A DNA stretch of 57,101 nucleotides from contig NW_008246074.1 in assembly GCF_000281045.1 (NCBI RefSeq), positions 643,588 to 700,688 of the forward strand, read 5' to 3'. Under the pieces are notes generated by a model. It was not told where the DNA came from. It saw only the letters and a list, made by a program, of their open reading frames with translations, and made no database searches. The position numbers were made by a program, and so were the translations under genes. The DNA is from Saprolegnia diclina VS20 (Eukaryota). Each line of letters opens with the position of its first letter. The stretch's first letter is position 1. Shown here piece by piece: positions 11,456-24,121 of the stretch.

Positions 11456-14400
11456 CTAGTCGGCAGAGAGACCGTCGTAGGGCGAGAGGCCAAATGCGTT
11501 CTCAATCGTGTCGTCGGCGCCGTGCCCGATGAGGTACTCGCCGAGGACGCCGTCCTTGTCGTACGCCATGGCAAAGTGCAGCGCCGTGTTGCCTTGCGCG
11601 TTCTTGTGGTTGATGTTGGCGCCCCGCAGCACAAGGAATTCGACCATCTTTTGGTTGACGTTCTGCGCCGCAATCAATAGCAGCGTGTTGCCCTTCTCGT
11701 CTTCGACATTGATGTCGAAGCCGGCCTCGACGCTCTCCATGAGGCGCTTCAAGCGGCCGTTGCGCGCCTGGCTGAACACCGTGTCGGCGCTAGGGACACC
11801 TTTTCGCGTCTTGGCGGCCGCGTCTTCCTTCTCGACGACATCGACCTTGACCTTGTCTTGCTGGCTCAATGGCAAGTACTTCTTCCGCGACACGAGGATC
11901 TTGAGCAGATGCGCCTTGTGGGTGACGCCGAGGATGTCCGAGAGGTCTTCCGGACGCAGCTCGAGGAGGAGCGCGCCGTCGACCGCGCCTTCCCGGAACG
12001 CTTGCTTGTACTGTGAGAGAGATAATACCTCGAGCCAACGCTGGACGTCGTCGATAGACCAGTCGCGCATCGCGTTCGGAAATGGCTGCTGCAGGGCGGC
12101 TTTGGCTTCATCTTCGCGCTTCGTGCGCTCAAGGAGCTCGAGCTTTTTCTTTTTGGACGCAGCGTCCATGAGCTCGTTGCTGCCGATTTGAAGCCGCTGC
12201 ATCGTGGGAATGTTGGCGGCCGCCGCTGCTGCCGCGGCGGTCGCTGCTGTCTCGGCCGTGCTCGAGATGGCCGCGGCCGTCGTGTCGGCGTTGATGTCGC
12301 GGAGACTCTTGAGCATGTTGAGCGAGCTAAAGTACGAAAGCGACATGGACTAGACGCAACATGTATCATGACAAGTTGTCGACCATCCAAATACCATAAA
12401 CTGAAACTTCATGAGCTCTTCCGTCGACTCGAAGATGGCTTGGGATTTCTTCTCGTGCTCCTTGGCCTTCATGGCCGTGGCGGCGGCAGCGGCGGCCGAT
12501 GTGGCCGTCGCCGTCTCGAGCTCGATGCCTTTCTCGCGGATCATGTCGAGCTCGTACTTTTGCTCTTCGAGAAGCTCCATGAGGTTGCGCTGCATGCGCG
12601 CAAACTCGCGGTCCTTCCGCAGTCGCGTCGCCTCCATGTCGCTGAGCTTGGCCTCCATCTCTTCGAGCGCCTGCTTCTTGAGTTGCACATCGTGGAAGAC
12701 GCTCGTAAACTCTGCCTCGAGCTCCTTCTTCTTCTTCTCGCGCTCGTTGCGCTTGATGTGGATCGCCATCTCGAGGGCGTAGGCGTCTGCCATGCGCTGC
12801 CGCGCCTCCTCCTTCGTCTCAAACCCGCCGTTGGACGACGGGTCGTTCAACACGATGCCGTTGCCCAGTCCTTGGCGGTCGGCGTGTTCAACACCGCCCC
12901 GGGCCTTGAGCATCTCGGCTTCGTGGGTCAGCTCGTGCAGGTCCGTCTCGATCTGGTCGATTTCCTGCAGCTCCCGTTCCAAGACCGAGAGCTCCTTCTG
13001 CGCATCCGTCAGACTGGCGTGGATCTCGGAGACCTTGCGCTCGGCTGACGCTTGCGCTCGGTGCAGCGCGTCGATTTCTTTTTGTTGGCGCTCAAACTCG
13101 ACTTTGGACGCCTCGATGCGCTGGAGGCCGAGGCTGAGCTTCTCCGGACCTGGCTCGGCCCGGTCCCACTCGTGCATGCGGGCGACGCGCTTCCGGGCGA
13201 GATACCCGCGGAAGACGCGCTGCAGTTCGTTGGCCGCCAGCGTCCGAACGCGAACGCGCAGAAATTTCGCCTTTTCCCGGTACATTTTGTACGTAGCTTG
13301 GAGCTTTGTCGCTTTGGCGTGAAGCATGCGCACGTACGCCTGTGAGTCTCGAATGGCCTTGGCCTTGCGTCGCCCGAGGTGTCCACGGTACGCGCGCTGC
13401 AACAACCCCGCGTACTTGAGCCGACGTTTGGTCACGTAGACTTTGCGCGCTCGTTCTCCGCGATACCAGCGCTGGACGAGCTGCGTGCTCGCAAGATATT
13501 GCTCCAACTCGAGCTTCCTCGCCTTGTACGCGCGCGTGCGCATGCGCGAGAGGCCGCCACGGGCGACACGAACGATCTCAGCCCCGGCGCGCGCCCGCCG
13601 CAGCCGTCTTTGGTGCTACCCCGAGCGACTCAGACCACAACGTAAGGAACATGAAATCACCTCGTCGCGCAAGTGCCGCAAAGTGCACTGCGCCAAGAAC
13701 CGGCGGACATACGTCTGGATCGTAATGGCCTTGGCTACATGCAAAACAAGCAGCGCCTGCGTGCGCTCGTGGTCCGCTTGTTTTTGCCGTTCGGCTTGTG
13801 CCAGTGCCATCTATGTATCAACGTGTCAAGGTTTCAAGTGTGCACGTGGTCCATCGTACTTGCTGCTGCACGTGGGCGTACTCTTCGACTTTGAGGAGCC
13901 CGAGCTTTCGGTTCTTCTCTTCCTCGGCTTCGAGCTCGTCGAAGAGGCTCGTGATAACCGGCACCTCGTGCGCTGCGAGGAGCGTCTCTCGCAGCTCCAG
14001 TCGACGGCTTGGCGCCCCTGGCGCGACGTCGACCACAAGGTCGTCTGGGATCGACACCGACGGAATCGGCGACCCCGTGGCTTCGAGTGACTCGGCGACC
14101 TGCACATCGGCGGCCCAGAGAGCGTCTTGAACTGCATCGCGCACTTGGCTTCGAGCGCCATGCCGGGCTTGGAGCTCTGCGTCGAGCGCCGCCAGCCGCG
14201 CGTTGTCCTCGTCTTCCCACTGCTTGCGCCGACGGTCTTGCTCCAACCGCAGTGCAGCAAGGCGCGCCTCCGTCTCTGCCTTCTCTTGCTCGCGTCGGCG
14301 CTGTGCGTTGAGCTCTGCAAGCTTGATCTGTTCGTCGAGGCGCTGCTTGGCGGCGTTGGCCTCGTTTTCGTAGTATAAAGTCGTGTCATGCTCGCTCGCA

Positions 14401-17400
14401 AGTACTTCGGCCGCCGTCACCTGCAGCGGCACCAGTGGCGGCGGCGCGATAGTCGGCATACTTTGCAGCGACGGACCTCGAAACAGCGTTCGCCTTGCAT
14501 TGGGCTTCTCTGGGGACGACTCGGTCGTTTGTTCTGGCAGCGGCGAGACCGAACGTGGTGCAGAGAGCACTTCTGCCGCCGCAGACGACGCGACGAATGC
14601 CACATCGGCCGGCACCTCTGGGCGACTGGCTGGCCAATTGACGAGGACTTCTAAGAGATCGCAAATGTAGTGCTTTGCTTCTTGCCGCACTTCATGTCCA
14701 GCGCGAAGCCACGTGACAAAGGCGCTCTTCTCCGGCGCGCTCAGCGCCTGCACAAGCAGCTGGCGCCCGCGGTCGTTGAGCTCTCCATTCTTGCCTTGTT
14801 GGTGCGACCACACATGCACACAGGACCGGCCTACAGCTCGTCCTCTTTTGCTGTACTTTTAGCAAACTTTGTACCTTGTAGAAACGGATCGACGTTGGTC
14901 GGGGCCACGAGCGCGTTCTCGACCGACTGAACGACCACGATCGGGACGCTAATGACGCTGAGCTGGGTCGTCAAATCGACGTTATGTAGGGCGCCTTTGC
15001 AGATGCGCAGCCGGCCTTCGAGCGAAATCGGGTTCGTCACCGCCGTGTAGATGCTTAGCGCTAGGTTTGGGTCCACGCGCTGGAGGTACTCGGCGCAAAA
15101 GAGGAATTTGCTGAAGTACGACACGGGCAAGTCCGGTCGCGTGTGCGGAAGGCACTGAAAGAGGTTCACGGCGCCGTGCAAGATGCCCGCGAGCTGCGTG
15201 TCGATGGCCGCAAACCCGTTGATGAGCGCGACGCTCTGCAACCGCGGCGCGTACATGGCGCCAAACTGAATCGCAAAGCAGGCCGCGAGGTGGCCTCCGT
15301 GGCCAAAGCCCACGAGGTGAAAGGGCACCGACGTCGAAAACATCCCCGACGCGTTCAGCGACGTGAGGAGCTCGTGCACGCAGCGCGTCACAAAGAGATT
15401 CGTGAGCGCCGACTCGTTGCATTTGGTGTTGGCTTGACCCGGCAAGTTGAAGACGAGCATTTGGCAGCCCGGGTGCGCGGCGAGAACGGACCGCAGAAAG
15501 ACGCGGGTGGCTTCGAGCGTATCGAAAAAGTCCGGCCACACAACAAGGTTGGCTTTCGAGAGCGCGACAGAGCCGAGACCGAGGACCTGGTACATGATCG
15601 TAGTCACACCGTCGTCGCACGTAAACTCGTGCTGCCGGTTGGGGTCGGCTTCAGGCTCGAGTCGCGCACCGGCCAGTCGCGCCATCTGCTTGTTTTGTGT
15701 GAGCGCGCGCAGCGTGCCATTCGTGTCGACGGTCGGTGGCGGCGCCTCGAGAGGTGGTTGGAGGCTGCAGGTCGCTTTGGTGGGCTGCCATAAATGATAC
15801 GCACGCAACGCCTCCAGAGTCCTAAATCAACCCGCTTTTCAGACCTTCAAAGTTAAAATGCAGCTGTGCACCAGGTGCAGAGCTTTGCCGCGCCTTTCCA
15901 GATGGGCTCGATGACATCGGCACGATAGAGCGGGTTGGCCGTGTACCGCTGCGCACGCCGGACTTGGTCGGCGGAGAAGTCGGACACGTGCACGTGAAGC
16001 AGCCGCGCGTGAAGCTTATCGCTATGCGCGAGCTCTCGCTTGAGCAGACTCCAGTATCGATGTACGTCATGGCCATCGTCGTTGAGATCCGAGACGAGCG
16101 AGATGTTGGGCTGCTTGAGGAGCAGAATCAGCAGCACCGACGCCACCATCGCAATCGCGGGTGGCGGGTGCGCAAAACTTCGCAGCTCGGCAATCTCAAA
16201 GAGCGAGATGGAGCTGGCGACACTCACCGCGTCGGCCCACGCCGCTTCCCAAGCGGCCACCGCCAGCGCTGGTGGGGCTTTGGACGTCATGTTTTCCGGA
16301 ATCCGCGCCCGCTTGCGCTTCGTTTTGGCAGCCGCGCGGCTCTTGGCTTTGACGCGTGCCTCCTCGATGAGCGTGTACAGGGCAAAACAGTTGGCACACA
16401 CGTCGACGTCTTGGTAGTAGTACCCCGGGAAGACCGTGCCGAGGGGCTCACCGTCGCCGCCGTCATCGTAGAGCTCGCCAATGTACTCGACGTCGTCGCC
16501 GTTGACATAGCGCCGAATGTAGTGGTCGACGTGGTCCTTCTCGACGCGCGTTTGCGCAATGTACTTGAACGGGATCGTGTGCGGCTTGGAATCGGGTGCG
16601 ACGTTGGGCGTTGTCAGCGAGGCCCAAATGTCGCTGTCACCAGACTCCATCTTGGACGCCCCCGCCGCCTCGAGGCTCTCCATAAACGTCTGCGCCTTCT
16701 TCTCGTACTTTGCAGCGCGCGCCGCAAGGCTCTTGTTGCCTTTGGGAAAACCAAGTAGGCTCGGCGTCGACCCGCGCTGGATGCGCGCGGCGGGGTCAAC
16801 CACGATGTGGCAAAAGTCTCCGACGCACCCTTTCTTTTGGCTCGACCCCAGGTTCGCGGCCGAGATGGCGCGGCGTTCCATGCGTGAGAGGAGCTTCCCA
16901 CCTGCGATGTGGTTGTTGTTGATTGGCGATGACGCACGCATCGTCGACGACGTCTGCTTGGGCAAAGACGCGAGCCGGCCTTGCTTGAGTGTTGCTTTCT
17001 TGGACGTCGGGTGCAGAATGGCCTGAACAGCGGCCTCGTCGGGCGCGTTGAGATCATCGAGCTGCGCGCGCAGTAGCATGCGCTGGGTCGTCCCCAAAAT
17101 CGCGCTGCTGCTTTGCGCTTCGGCCTTCTTTGGCTTGGATTGAGCCAGCGGCGTCGTCATGCACGTCGCCGTCTTTACGAGGAAGAGGTACCCGGCGTCG
17201 TCAACGACAAAATACAGCGTTGCAGCAACCACGCGGCACTTGCGATGCTTCTCGACCGCACTAGGAGGTGGACGCATATGGGCGACTTGTCACGAACGAG
17301 CCACAGCTACCCCAGTAGTGTCATGGTCGCACTGCCCATGGCCGCATTGAGGCTGGCGTCCTTGGAGACGATGCGCTGCGCACCGAGTGCGAACCGCGTG

Positions 17401-17987
17401 CATTTGGCTTGCGCCTTGCCTGTCTTGGTGAGGCTAATCATCGCGTGTCACAAGCAAACAAGATGGCGTCTCGACGTACCTGTGGTCGTACTCGTACGTG
17501 GCAAAGCGCGCCGGGTGCACGTCGCCTTTCGGTTGCACGTACGCGTGGATGACGAGCGAGCCTTTCGGGAGCCCTTCAAGCGTAACAGCCAAGTCGTTGG
17601 TCGAGAGCAACTACTCGCTGTGAATGCAACAAAGTAGAAGAGAGATGGGAGTACCTGGCAGTCGACCACGCCATCACGCCACACGACAGCGGCGTGCGCA
17701 GCGACGTTCTTCTCGTACGCCAAAGCAATCTTGACACAAGCTTGGGCAAAGAGCGCCAACGTCAAGTGTTTGGCCGACTTGCGCAAAAGCAGGCCGTCCT
17801 TTGCCGTAAAGTACCACGCTGTGACCTCGCCATGGTGGACGAAGGCCGTGTCCAGCACCTGCAGCGGCAGCTCCGGCTCCTTCGCCGCCGCGAGAAGGAC
17901 CCACTCCCAGGACCGCGACGTCCGCGCTTCGTCGAGGTCCACGGTCGGAACCTCGTCCCGCGTGATGTGATGCAGCGGCCGGTCCAT
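11456..17987 (-). CDS. ~2000-aa multidomain protein: unknown Cys-containing N-terminal region, dynein stalk MTBD-like domain, alpha/beta-hydrolase-like domain, IQ motifs, coiled coil, SAM, ankyrin repeats
   Basis: Eight short GT-AG introns join the ORFs in frame (e.g. 15822-15871 gives KLCTWTLEALRAY; 14831-14874 gives FLQGRSCVHVW). Motifs: IAELRSFAHPPPAIAMV (MTBD); FNLPGQ and HLVGFGHGG (hydrolase); LQRAYRGHLGR and LQRVFRGYLAR (IQ); WSIDDVQRWL...VDGALLL (SAM); GNTALHFA (ANK). Confidence 0.8.
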
Positions 17988-18167
17988 TGTCAATGCAAGC
18001 GCAACCGCGTCTGAAACCGTTCCATTGATGCCATTGGCTCCTTATTCTTCACCAGTTCACATCAATATCACGGTTTTCACGTCGTCATTACATACCAAAT
18101 GCAAGTCGAAGCAATGTGGTAAATAGAAACGCACGGTGTGGTGTAGTAGAATTTGTGTTGCAACAGC

Positions 18168-18943
18168 ATGGAGGTGTGGGAGCCGTCGGCCCGCGCGCTC
18201 ACAAGCGCCGCCAAGGACGTCGCCGTGCTGCTCCGAGGAAAGAACTACCTCCGCGACCAGAAGGCCTTCATGGCCCACCTGCACGCAGACGCCTTGCGCC
18301 ACACGGCCTGGACGTCCTGCGTCGTCGTGGTCTTTGATGGCATCTTTCGGCGCAGCCCGGACGAAGAGAAGGCGACAGACAACGCGCTCATCACGTACGC
18401 GATCATTCCGTGGTGTGAGTCGTTCGGTCGCGCTGTCAGCTACGTGACCGCCACGCGAATGCTCGAAGCCTACTGCGTCGAGGCACTTCCGCTGCGGCTC
18501 GCAGGTGCCCTTGTGTCGCCGCTGCCCACATCTTGACGCACCATTCTGTAGGCAAGCTCATGAAAAACTTGTACACGTCATCGCTGCGCAAGATGATTCG
18601 ATACCAGAACAAGACGCTCGTTGCCAAGCTCATGCTCAAGACGACGGCGCGCGCGTCGCTCCTGACGCACCTCGCGATCTTTCTCGTCGAGCAGGTCTAC
18701 CTACTTGCACGCAACCCAACGCTCGCCGAAGTTACGAAAGCCAGCGTCAAGAACGCCCATCGGTGCGTGTTGGCGGTTGCCGGCGCTTCGCTGGGCGCGG
18801 CTGTCGGGTCGCTCATTGAGCCCGGGCGGGGCACACTCATCGGGGCCATGATCTGCGAAGACCTCTTCACGAGCGACCACTTGAGCAACCACATCTTCTT
18901 CCACGGCGAACGGCACTTGGACTTTGCAGCGAAAAAACTCTAG
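18168..18943 (+). CDS. Hypothetical protein with C-terminal glycine-zipper-like hydrophobic segment
   Basis: Intron 18505-18551 joins two ORFs in frame (LAGKLMKN). C-terminal VAGASLGAAVGSLIEPGRGTLIGAMI. Confidence 0.75.
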
Positions 18944-19482
18944 ATGTTGTAATTCACGTTCATCCGTCGAGACCCTATCGCTCGCGTGAGTTGATGGCCG
19001 ACGAATCTTGTGCTGGATGCGGTTCGGGCCAAGAAGTAGCCGCAACATAGTATTGTACCTGGCAGCTGCCAGAACGCAGGCTACAAAGCAGCGCCGCCCG
19101 TCGTGCGTTGATAACGCAGCCGAACTAGGTGGCATTTGAAGACACGTCAGCAAGCGATCAGCAACGTGAGCACCCAAGAAGCTCGTGTATAACTCTGTTG
19201 GTATAGGCGCTTTACCGCGCGCTGCTTGTCCTTGGCGCGCATCCATCCTCGACCGTTGGCCCTCGCATAAAAGCGTGATGACATCATTTTGATCTGGCCG
19301 CCATGTCAACCGTCATCCGCACTTAACCAAGTCTGTCCTCTGTTTTATTTTATAGCTTACAAAGTTTCCAATGTTTTGCAGTTGCCGAATAAAATACTGC
19401 GGTGTGGCGATCTTGGTCTTGAAGTGGTTCTTGAAGGGCGTTGGCATTTGGGGATTTTCCATCGACGCCGCAAGACACGAGC

Positions 19483-20901
19483 ATGGTTGACGGCGCTGAG
19501 ACACTGTACCGCATTGAGCACGACACGATGGGCGACGTGCGCGTCGAGGCGCACCGGTACTGGGGCGCGCAGACGCAGCGGTCGCTCGAGAACTTTACGA
19601 TCGGCGGCCAGCGCATGCCGCTCGAAATCATCCGCGCGTTTGCGATTCTCAAGAAAGCCGCGGCCCAAGCCAACTTTGAGCTCGGCGTGCTTCCGGAAGC
19701 CAAGCTCGAGCTCATTAGCAGCGTCTGCGATGAGATTTCCGCCGGACTCCTCGACGATGAATTCCCGCTCGTCGTGTGGCAAACCGGCTCGGGCACGCAG
19801 AGCAACATGAACGTGAACGAAGTCGTCGCCAACCGCGCGCACGTTCTCAACGGCGGCGACCTCCTCGACGACACGCCGCGCGTCATCCACCCGAACGATG
19901 ATGTCAACAAGTCGCAGTCGTCCAACGACACGTTCCCGACGGCCATGAGCATCGCCGCCTATTCGCTCCTCGTGGACCACACGCTTCCGATGGTCCGTGC
20001 GCTCCGCGACGCGCTGCATCAAAAGTCGGTTGAGTTTGCTGACGTTATCAAGATTGGCCGCACGCATTGGATGGACGCGACACCGCTCACAATGGGCATG
20101 GAGTTCTCGGGGTACGTGGCGCAGCTCGACCACGCAGTGGCGTCGATCGAAAGCTCGTTGAGCCACCTCTCGGAGCTCGCGCTCGGCGGCACGGCTGTCG
20201 GGACGGGCCTCAACACGCCCGCGGGCTACTCGGAGCTCGTTGCCGCCAAGATCTCGGAGCTCTCGGGCCACCCGTTCGTAACGGCGCCCAACAAGTTTGA
20301 AGCGCTCGCGGCCCACGACGCGCTCGTCGGCGGCTCGGGCGCGCTCAAGAAGCTCGCGGTCTCGCTCATGAAGATCGCCAACGACGTCCGGCTCCTCGCG
20401 TCGGGGCCGCGCTGCGGCATTGGCGAAATCCAGATCCCGGAGAACGAGCCTGGCTCTAGCATCATGCCGGGCAAGGTCAACCCGACGCAGTGCGAGGCCT
20501 TGACGATGGTGTGCGCGCAGGTCATTGGTCTCGACGCGGCGATCGCGATCGGCGGTATGAGCGGTCAGTTTGAGCTCAACGTCTTCAAGCCCATGATGAT
20601 CTACAATTTCCTCACGAGTGCCAAGCTCCTCGGCGACGCGTGCGACTCGTTCCGAAAGCACTGCGTTGTGGGCATCGTCGCCAACCTCCCGGTCGTGCAG
20701 TCGCATCTGGAGAACTCGCTCATGCTCGTGACGGCACTCAACACGCACATTGGGTACGAAAACGCCGCCAAGATCGCCAAGAAGGCGCACAAGGAAGGCA
20801 CGACGCTGCGGGTTGCGGCGATGGACCTCGGCCTCGTCACGTCCGAGCAGTACGACGAGTGGGTCGTGCCCCAAAACATGATTGGCAGCCTGCAGCACTA
20901 A
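19483..20901 (+). CDS. fumC: Fumarate hydratase class II, intronless, no evident mitochondrial presequence
   Basis: Signatures [42 protein letters not shown] and KIGRTH. First ATG at 19483 ([17 protein letters not shown]). Confidence 0.97.
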   Translation: MVDGAETLYRIEHDTMGDVRVEAHRYWGAQTQRSLENFTIGGQRMPLEIIRAFAILKKAAAQANFELGVLPEAKLELISSVCDEISAGLLDDEFPLVVWQTGSGTQSNMNVNEVVANRAHVLNGGDLLDDTPRVIHPNDDVNKSQSSNDTFPTAMSIAAYSLLVDHTLPMVRALRDALHQKSVEFADVIKIGRTHWMDATPLTMGMEFSGYVAQLDHAVASIESSLSHLSELALGGTAVGTGLNTPAGYSELVAAKISELSGHPFVTAPNKFEALAAHDALVGGSGALKKLAVSLMKIANDVRLLASGPRCGIGEIQIPENEPGSSIMPGKVNPTQCEALTMVCAQVIGLDAAIAIGGMSGQFELNVFKPMMIYNFLTSAKLLGDACDSFRKHCVVGIVANLPVVQSHLENSLMLVTALNTHIGYENAAKIAKKAHKEGTTLRVAAMDLGLVTSEQYDEWVVPQNMIGSLQH

Positions 20902-21584
20902 TCCTCGACCGAGAAATAACAACATATTAGCAAAAAACAACGCTATTGCTCGCGCAGTCAAGGGGCGTATCAAAGGAAAGTCAGTGCTAGCACGATACGA
21001 GCGCTAACCTTGCTAGTGGGGACAGCAGACTGAGTAGTGGTGTGCATCATCAGGGCCGTCGTCGCCCGGTCCAAGGTCGTCGCCGCCGCCATCACGACAT
21101 CAAGCAGCGCCGTCTGTAGAACCGTGATGATGTCGGTTCGAGACTTGATGCATCATGTTGCACAAGGTTCGCCGTTCCCGATGCTCGCTCCCTCATGGCG
21201 TCGTGGAATTGATACTAGAATCTAGCTATTGGATTGGTGCACGCGAGTGGTAAAACCACTTCTGATTGGCCGCATCATATACCTTGACAATAGATACTGT
21301 TTTACATAAAATATTACGGGTAGCATCTCATAACGTCACTGCATGGCAGAGGGAGGACCCTGCACCCACTCGACTAGGGCTCGTCGTTGACAGGAAGCTT
21401 CGTTGCATACTATGCGTCATACCGGGTGCGACGGACTCTGCTTTTGCAGCAAACGTGTGCGAGCGATCCGGAAATCGAAGGATCGAAGGTGGATGCATTG
21501 GAAGCTCCGTCCTTTCTGTAGCGCCGTATCTTTTCGTCGTAGGGTCGCGAGAGCACCCCCTTTGTTTACAGATCCAGCGTGAGG

Positions 21585-22210
21585 ATGCGGGTCGTCGGGG
21601 ATTTTGAGGTCGTCGTCGCCACGACTCCGGGTGCAGACGATGCAACACCGAACGTCAGCCTACGCCTGCGGTGCGTGGCGCTGCACCAGGATGTGCAATG
21701 TGAGTGATCTTTCGTAGGTACGTTGGCGCCACCAGCCTCACTTGCGAGTCGGCGCGGTATGTTAAAGTGTGGGTCTACGGCGTCGAAATGGAAGGCGTCG
21801 CGCTCTACTCGGAAGCGACGCGCGAGGTGACGCAGTGGGTGCCCCAGCGCCAGCGCAGCACGCCTGCAAATGACCTCGATCGCACGAGGTGCGGCTCCAC
21901 GCTTTTCGCTGCAACCAATAATCATGGGGATGGGTTCGTTAGCATTGTCTTGCAAGTACGTCGCGCCAAAGTTGAACGGGTGGCCATGGCTGTACCGCTG
22001 CAAAAACCTGGCGAGGCCAGTCGAAGCACCATCTGCCCCAACAACAGGTGCACCCCGTCGCTCCTTTCGCCCATCGTCGTCAAGGCATCGTCGGCCATGA
22101 CGTATCGCCTCTCGCGGGGCGCCAACAGCCCTTCGCAGCGACCGCTCAAGCGCACCAAGGTCAAGCACACTCCTGCATACACGACCATCTCGAGCACGAG
22201 TGTCAAGTAG
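21585..22210 (+). CDS. Hypothetical protein, 2 exons
   Basis: ATG at 21585 and intron 21671-21717 join into ORF 21704..22210 (MRVVGDFEVVV...LRLRYVGATSL). Confidence 0.6.
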
Positions 22211-22292
22211 TCGGCGATAGCATGGTCGTCAAGAAGAGTCGTATTACACAGGGTTTATATAAAGATAAGCGGACACCGCGATACGCCATTGC

Positions 22293-22826
22293 TTACCACA
22301 TCGTGGCCGCGAGCGTCGCAGTGGCGGCGACGACCGAGAGCGTGGTCGCCGACACACCCGAGGGCGCAGGCGTCGTCGTCGTGGGCTTCTTGGTCGTGGG
22401 CGACACGGTCGTGATCGTCGCGTCCGTCGTCACAACAGGCACCGTCGTCACATTGGTCGGTGCGGTGGTCGAGTTGGTGGGCGCAGTCGTCGAGTTGGTG
22501 GTCTTGCCGCCGTTCGAGCACGCGGCCTTGGCTTTGGAAAAGGCCGCATGGAGGTCAGTCGACGAGCCGTTCACAGAGCACATCGGGAGCGCCGCGAGCT
22601 TGTTTTCCAAGAAGGTGAAGCACGTCTGGTTCGGGCAATCGGTCGTGTTGCCGCTAAAAAACTGCGTCGGAAGCGTGATCGCGGCGTTGCCGTTCGTGCA
22701 CGACGCGTCCACGGGCGTCTGGAGAAAGGTCGTCCACGACTTGGTCTGCTCCGCGTTGCAGACCTCGACGGTCGCCGCCGAGACGGACGAGAGGGCAAGG
22801 GCGAGGAGAAGGGTCGAGCGCAGCAT
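22293..22826 (-). CDS. Secreted elicitin-like protein with Thr-rich stalk and probable GPI-anchor signal
   Basis: Signal peptide MLRSTLLLALALSSVSA. Six Cys spaced C-19-C-20-C-4-C-13-C-19-C. Thr/Pro-rich tail and hydrophobic C-terminus SGVSATTLSVVAATATLAATMW. Confidence 0.8.
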   Translation of the reverse strand: MLRSTLLLALALSSVSAATVEVCNAEQTKSWTTFLQTPVDASCTNGNAAITLPTQFFSGNTTDCPNQTCFTFLENKLAALPMCSVNGSSTDLHAAFSKAKAACSNGGKTTNSTTAPTNSTTAPTNVTTVPVVTTDATITTVSPTTKKPTTTTPAPSGVSATTLSVVAATATLAATMW

Positions 22827-24121
22827 GGCAAATCAAGAAATGCCCGTTGTCTGCGACGCCAAAATTTAGTGCCAGATGCATATCACCATTCAAGGGGTCG
22901 TTCGAGCACCCCCTCTACGGAATGTTGAGTGATTCTAGAAACACCGCCGAACTTCAATTTGCGAGGCGGCGACGAATTATTCAATGATTCGACGTGGCCG
23001 ACCAAGATGGCAAGCCGACATGATGCGGGTGGACAGCCCACGTACGACACGCGACCGACCTACTGACGTCCGTGACCGTGGTGTCGTTCATTGAATCATG
23101 GGTTGGACACTGGATTGAAGCCAATATTTAAAATGCGAGCCGTTCTGCTCATTTTTACCCCGAATGACGTGCCGGGTTCCATAAAGGTGGTGTTTCCCAA
23201 TGGCGCCAGTCCTATGAACGCCACCTCGGCGACGCCGGATGCGATCGGCAATGTGATAGCTGAAGGGCGTGGCGGGCGAACCAATCGGCGGTGGTCGCGT
23301 CCTTGACGCGAGAGGCCACGGCCATTACACGGCCGCTCCGTCTCCGGCCATTGCCCCCTCTCGAGTAGCCGCTGCATCCTTGAAGACATGCCACGATCAA
23401 TTGCGAAAGCTTGCGAAGAACCCAACTCCAAGGAACCTAAAACGAGGTGAAGAGATGATGCATCGACCTTGGGAACGCAGCTGCAAGCATGTCTGTTGAC
23501 AGGCCTTTTGTTCTGTTCAGCGTCTTGTGCTCCCACATCATCCGTGTGTTGGAGAGATGTACACCTTGACGCGACAGCCGCATGCGCCGTCGCCACGTGC
23601 TCGGAGCGAATGCGACGCAGGTGCAATCGAAGGAAGGACAGCCAATCGCGAAATGCGTAATCTCCTCGAATGGAATCGGTGCACGTCCCGGCGAGATCCG
23701 CTCTGGTGGCGACGACATGTAATAGCTGCGGCGCCGTGGGAGGCTGGCTGGCCCCAAACTTGCAGTACCGAGGGTGCAAGGGCGTGACAAGTCTTCCATT
23801 GCATTTTGCGCATGGAAGCTTGTACCCGAGCACATGGCAACGACGCCGTGTCGACAGCGCCGAGGTGCCCGCCAAGCAGCCCACGAACGGTCAAGATCCC
23901 AGTCCATCACTCCAGGTAGTAGAGTGTAGGTCGTGCCAAACCTTCGCGACGTTTTGTTGGGTGTTGCAAACGAAGGGCTCTATGGTAGAAAAGCGAAATA
24001 ATATGCAATTGCGTCTGTATATAAAGAAATTAGACCGCGTGCGAGTGGCATATTTGATACTGATACTTGTCGCTGGCCTATATTTATATGCTGGGATCGA
24101 GACCGACATACATATTGCAAG

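Noticed and set aside
19357..20973. 538-aa antisense ORF over fumarase, and many similar long antisense or alternate-frame ORFs
   Set aside because: Expected shadows of GC3-rich codon usage; no motifs; the opposite strand has clear homology.
23091..23940. Several overlapping ORFs upstream of ECM29
   Set aside because: No recognisable motifs, splice logic or host codon bias; left unassigned.
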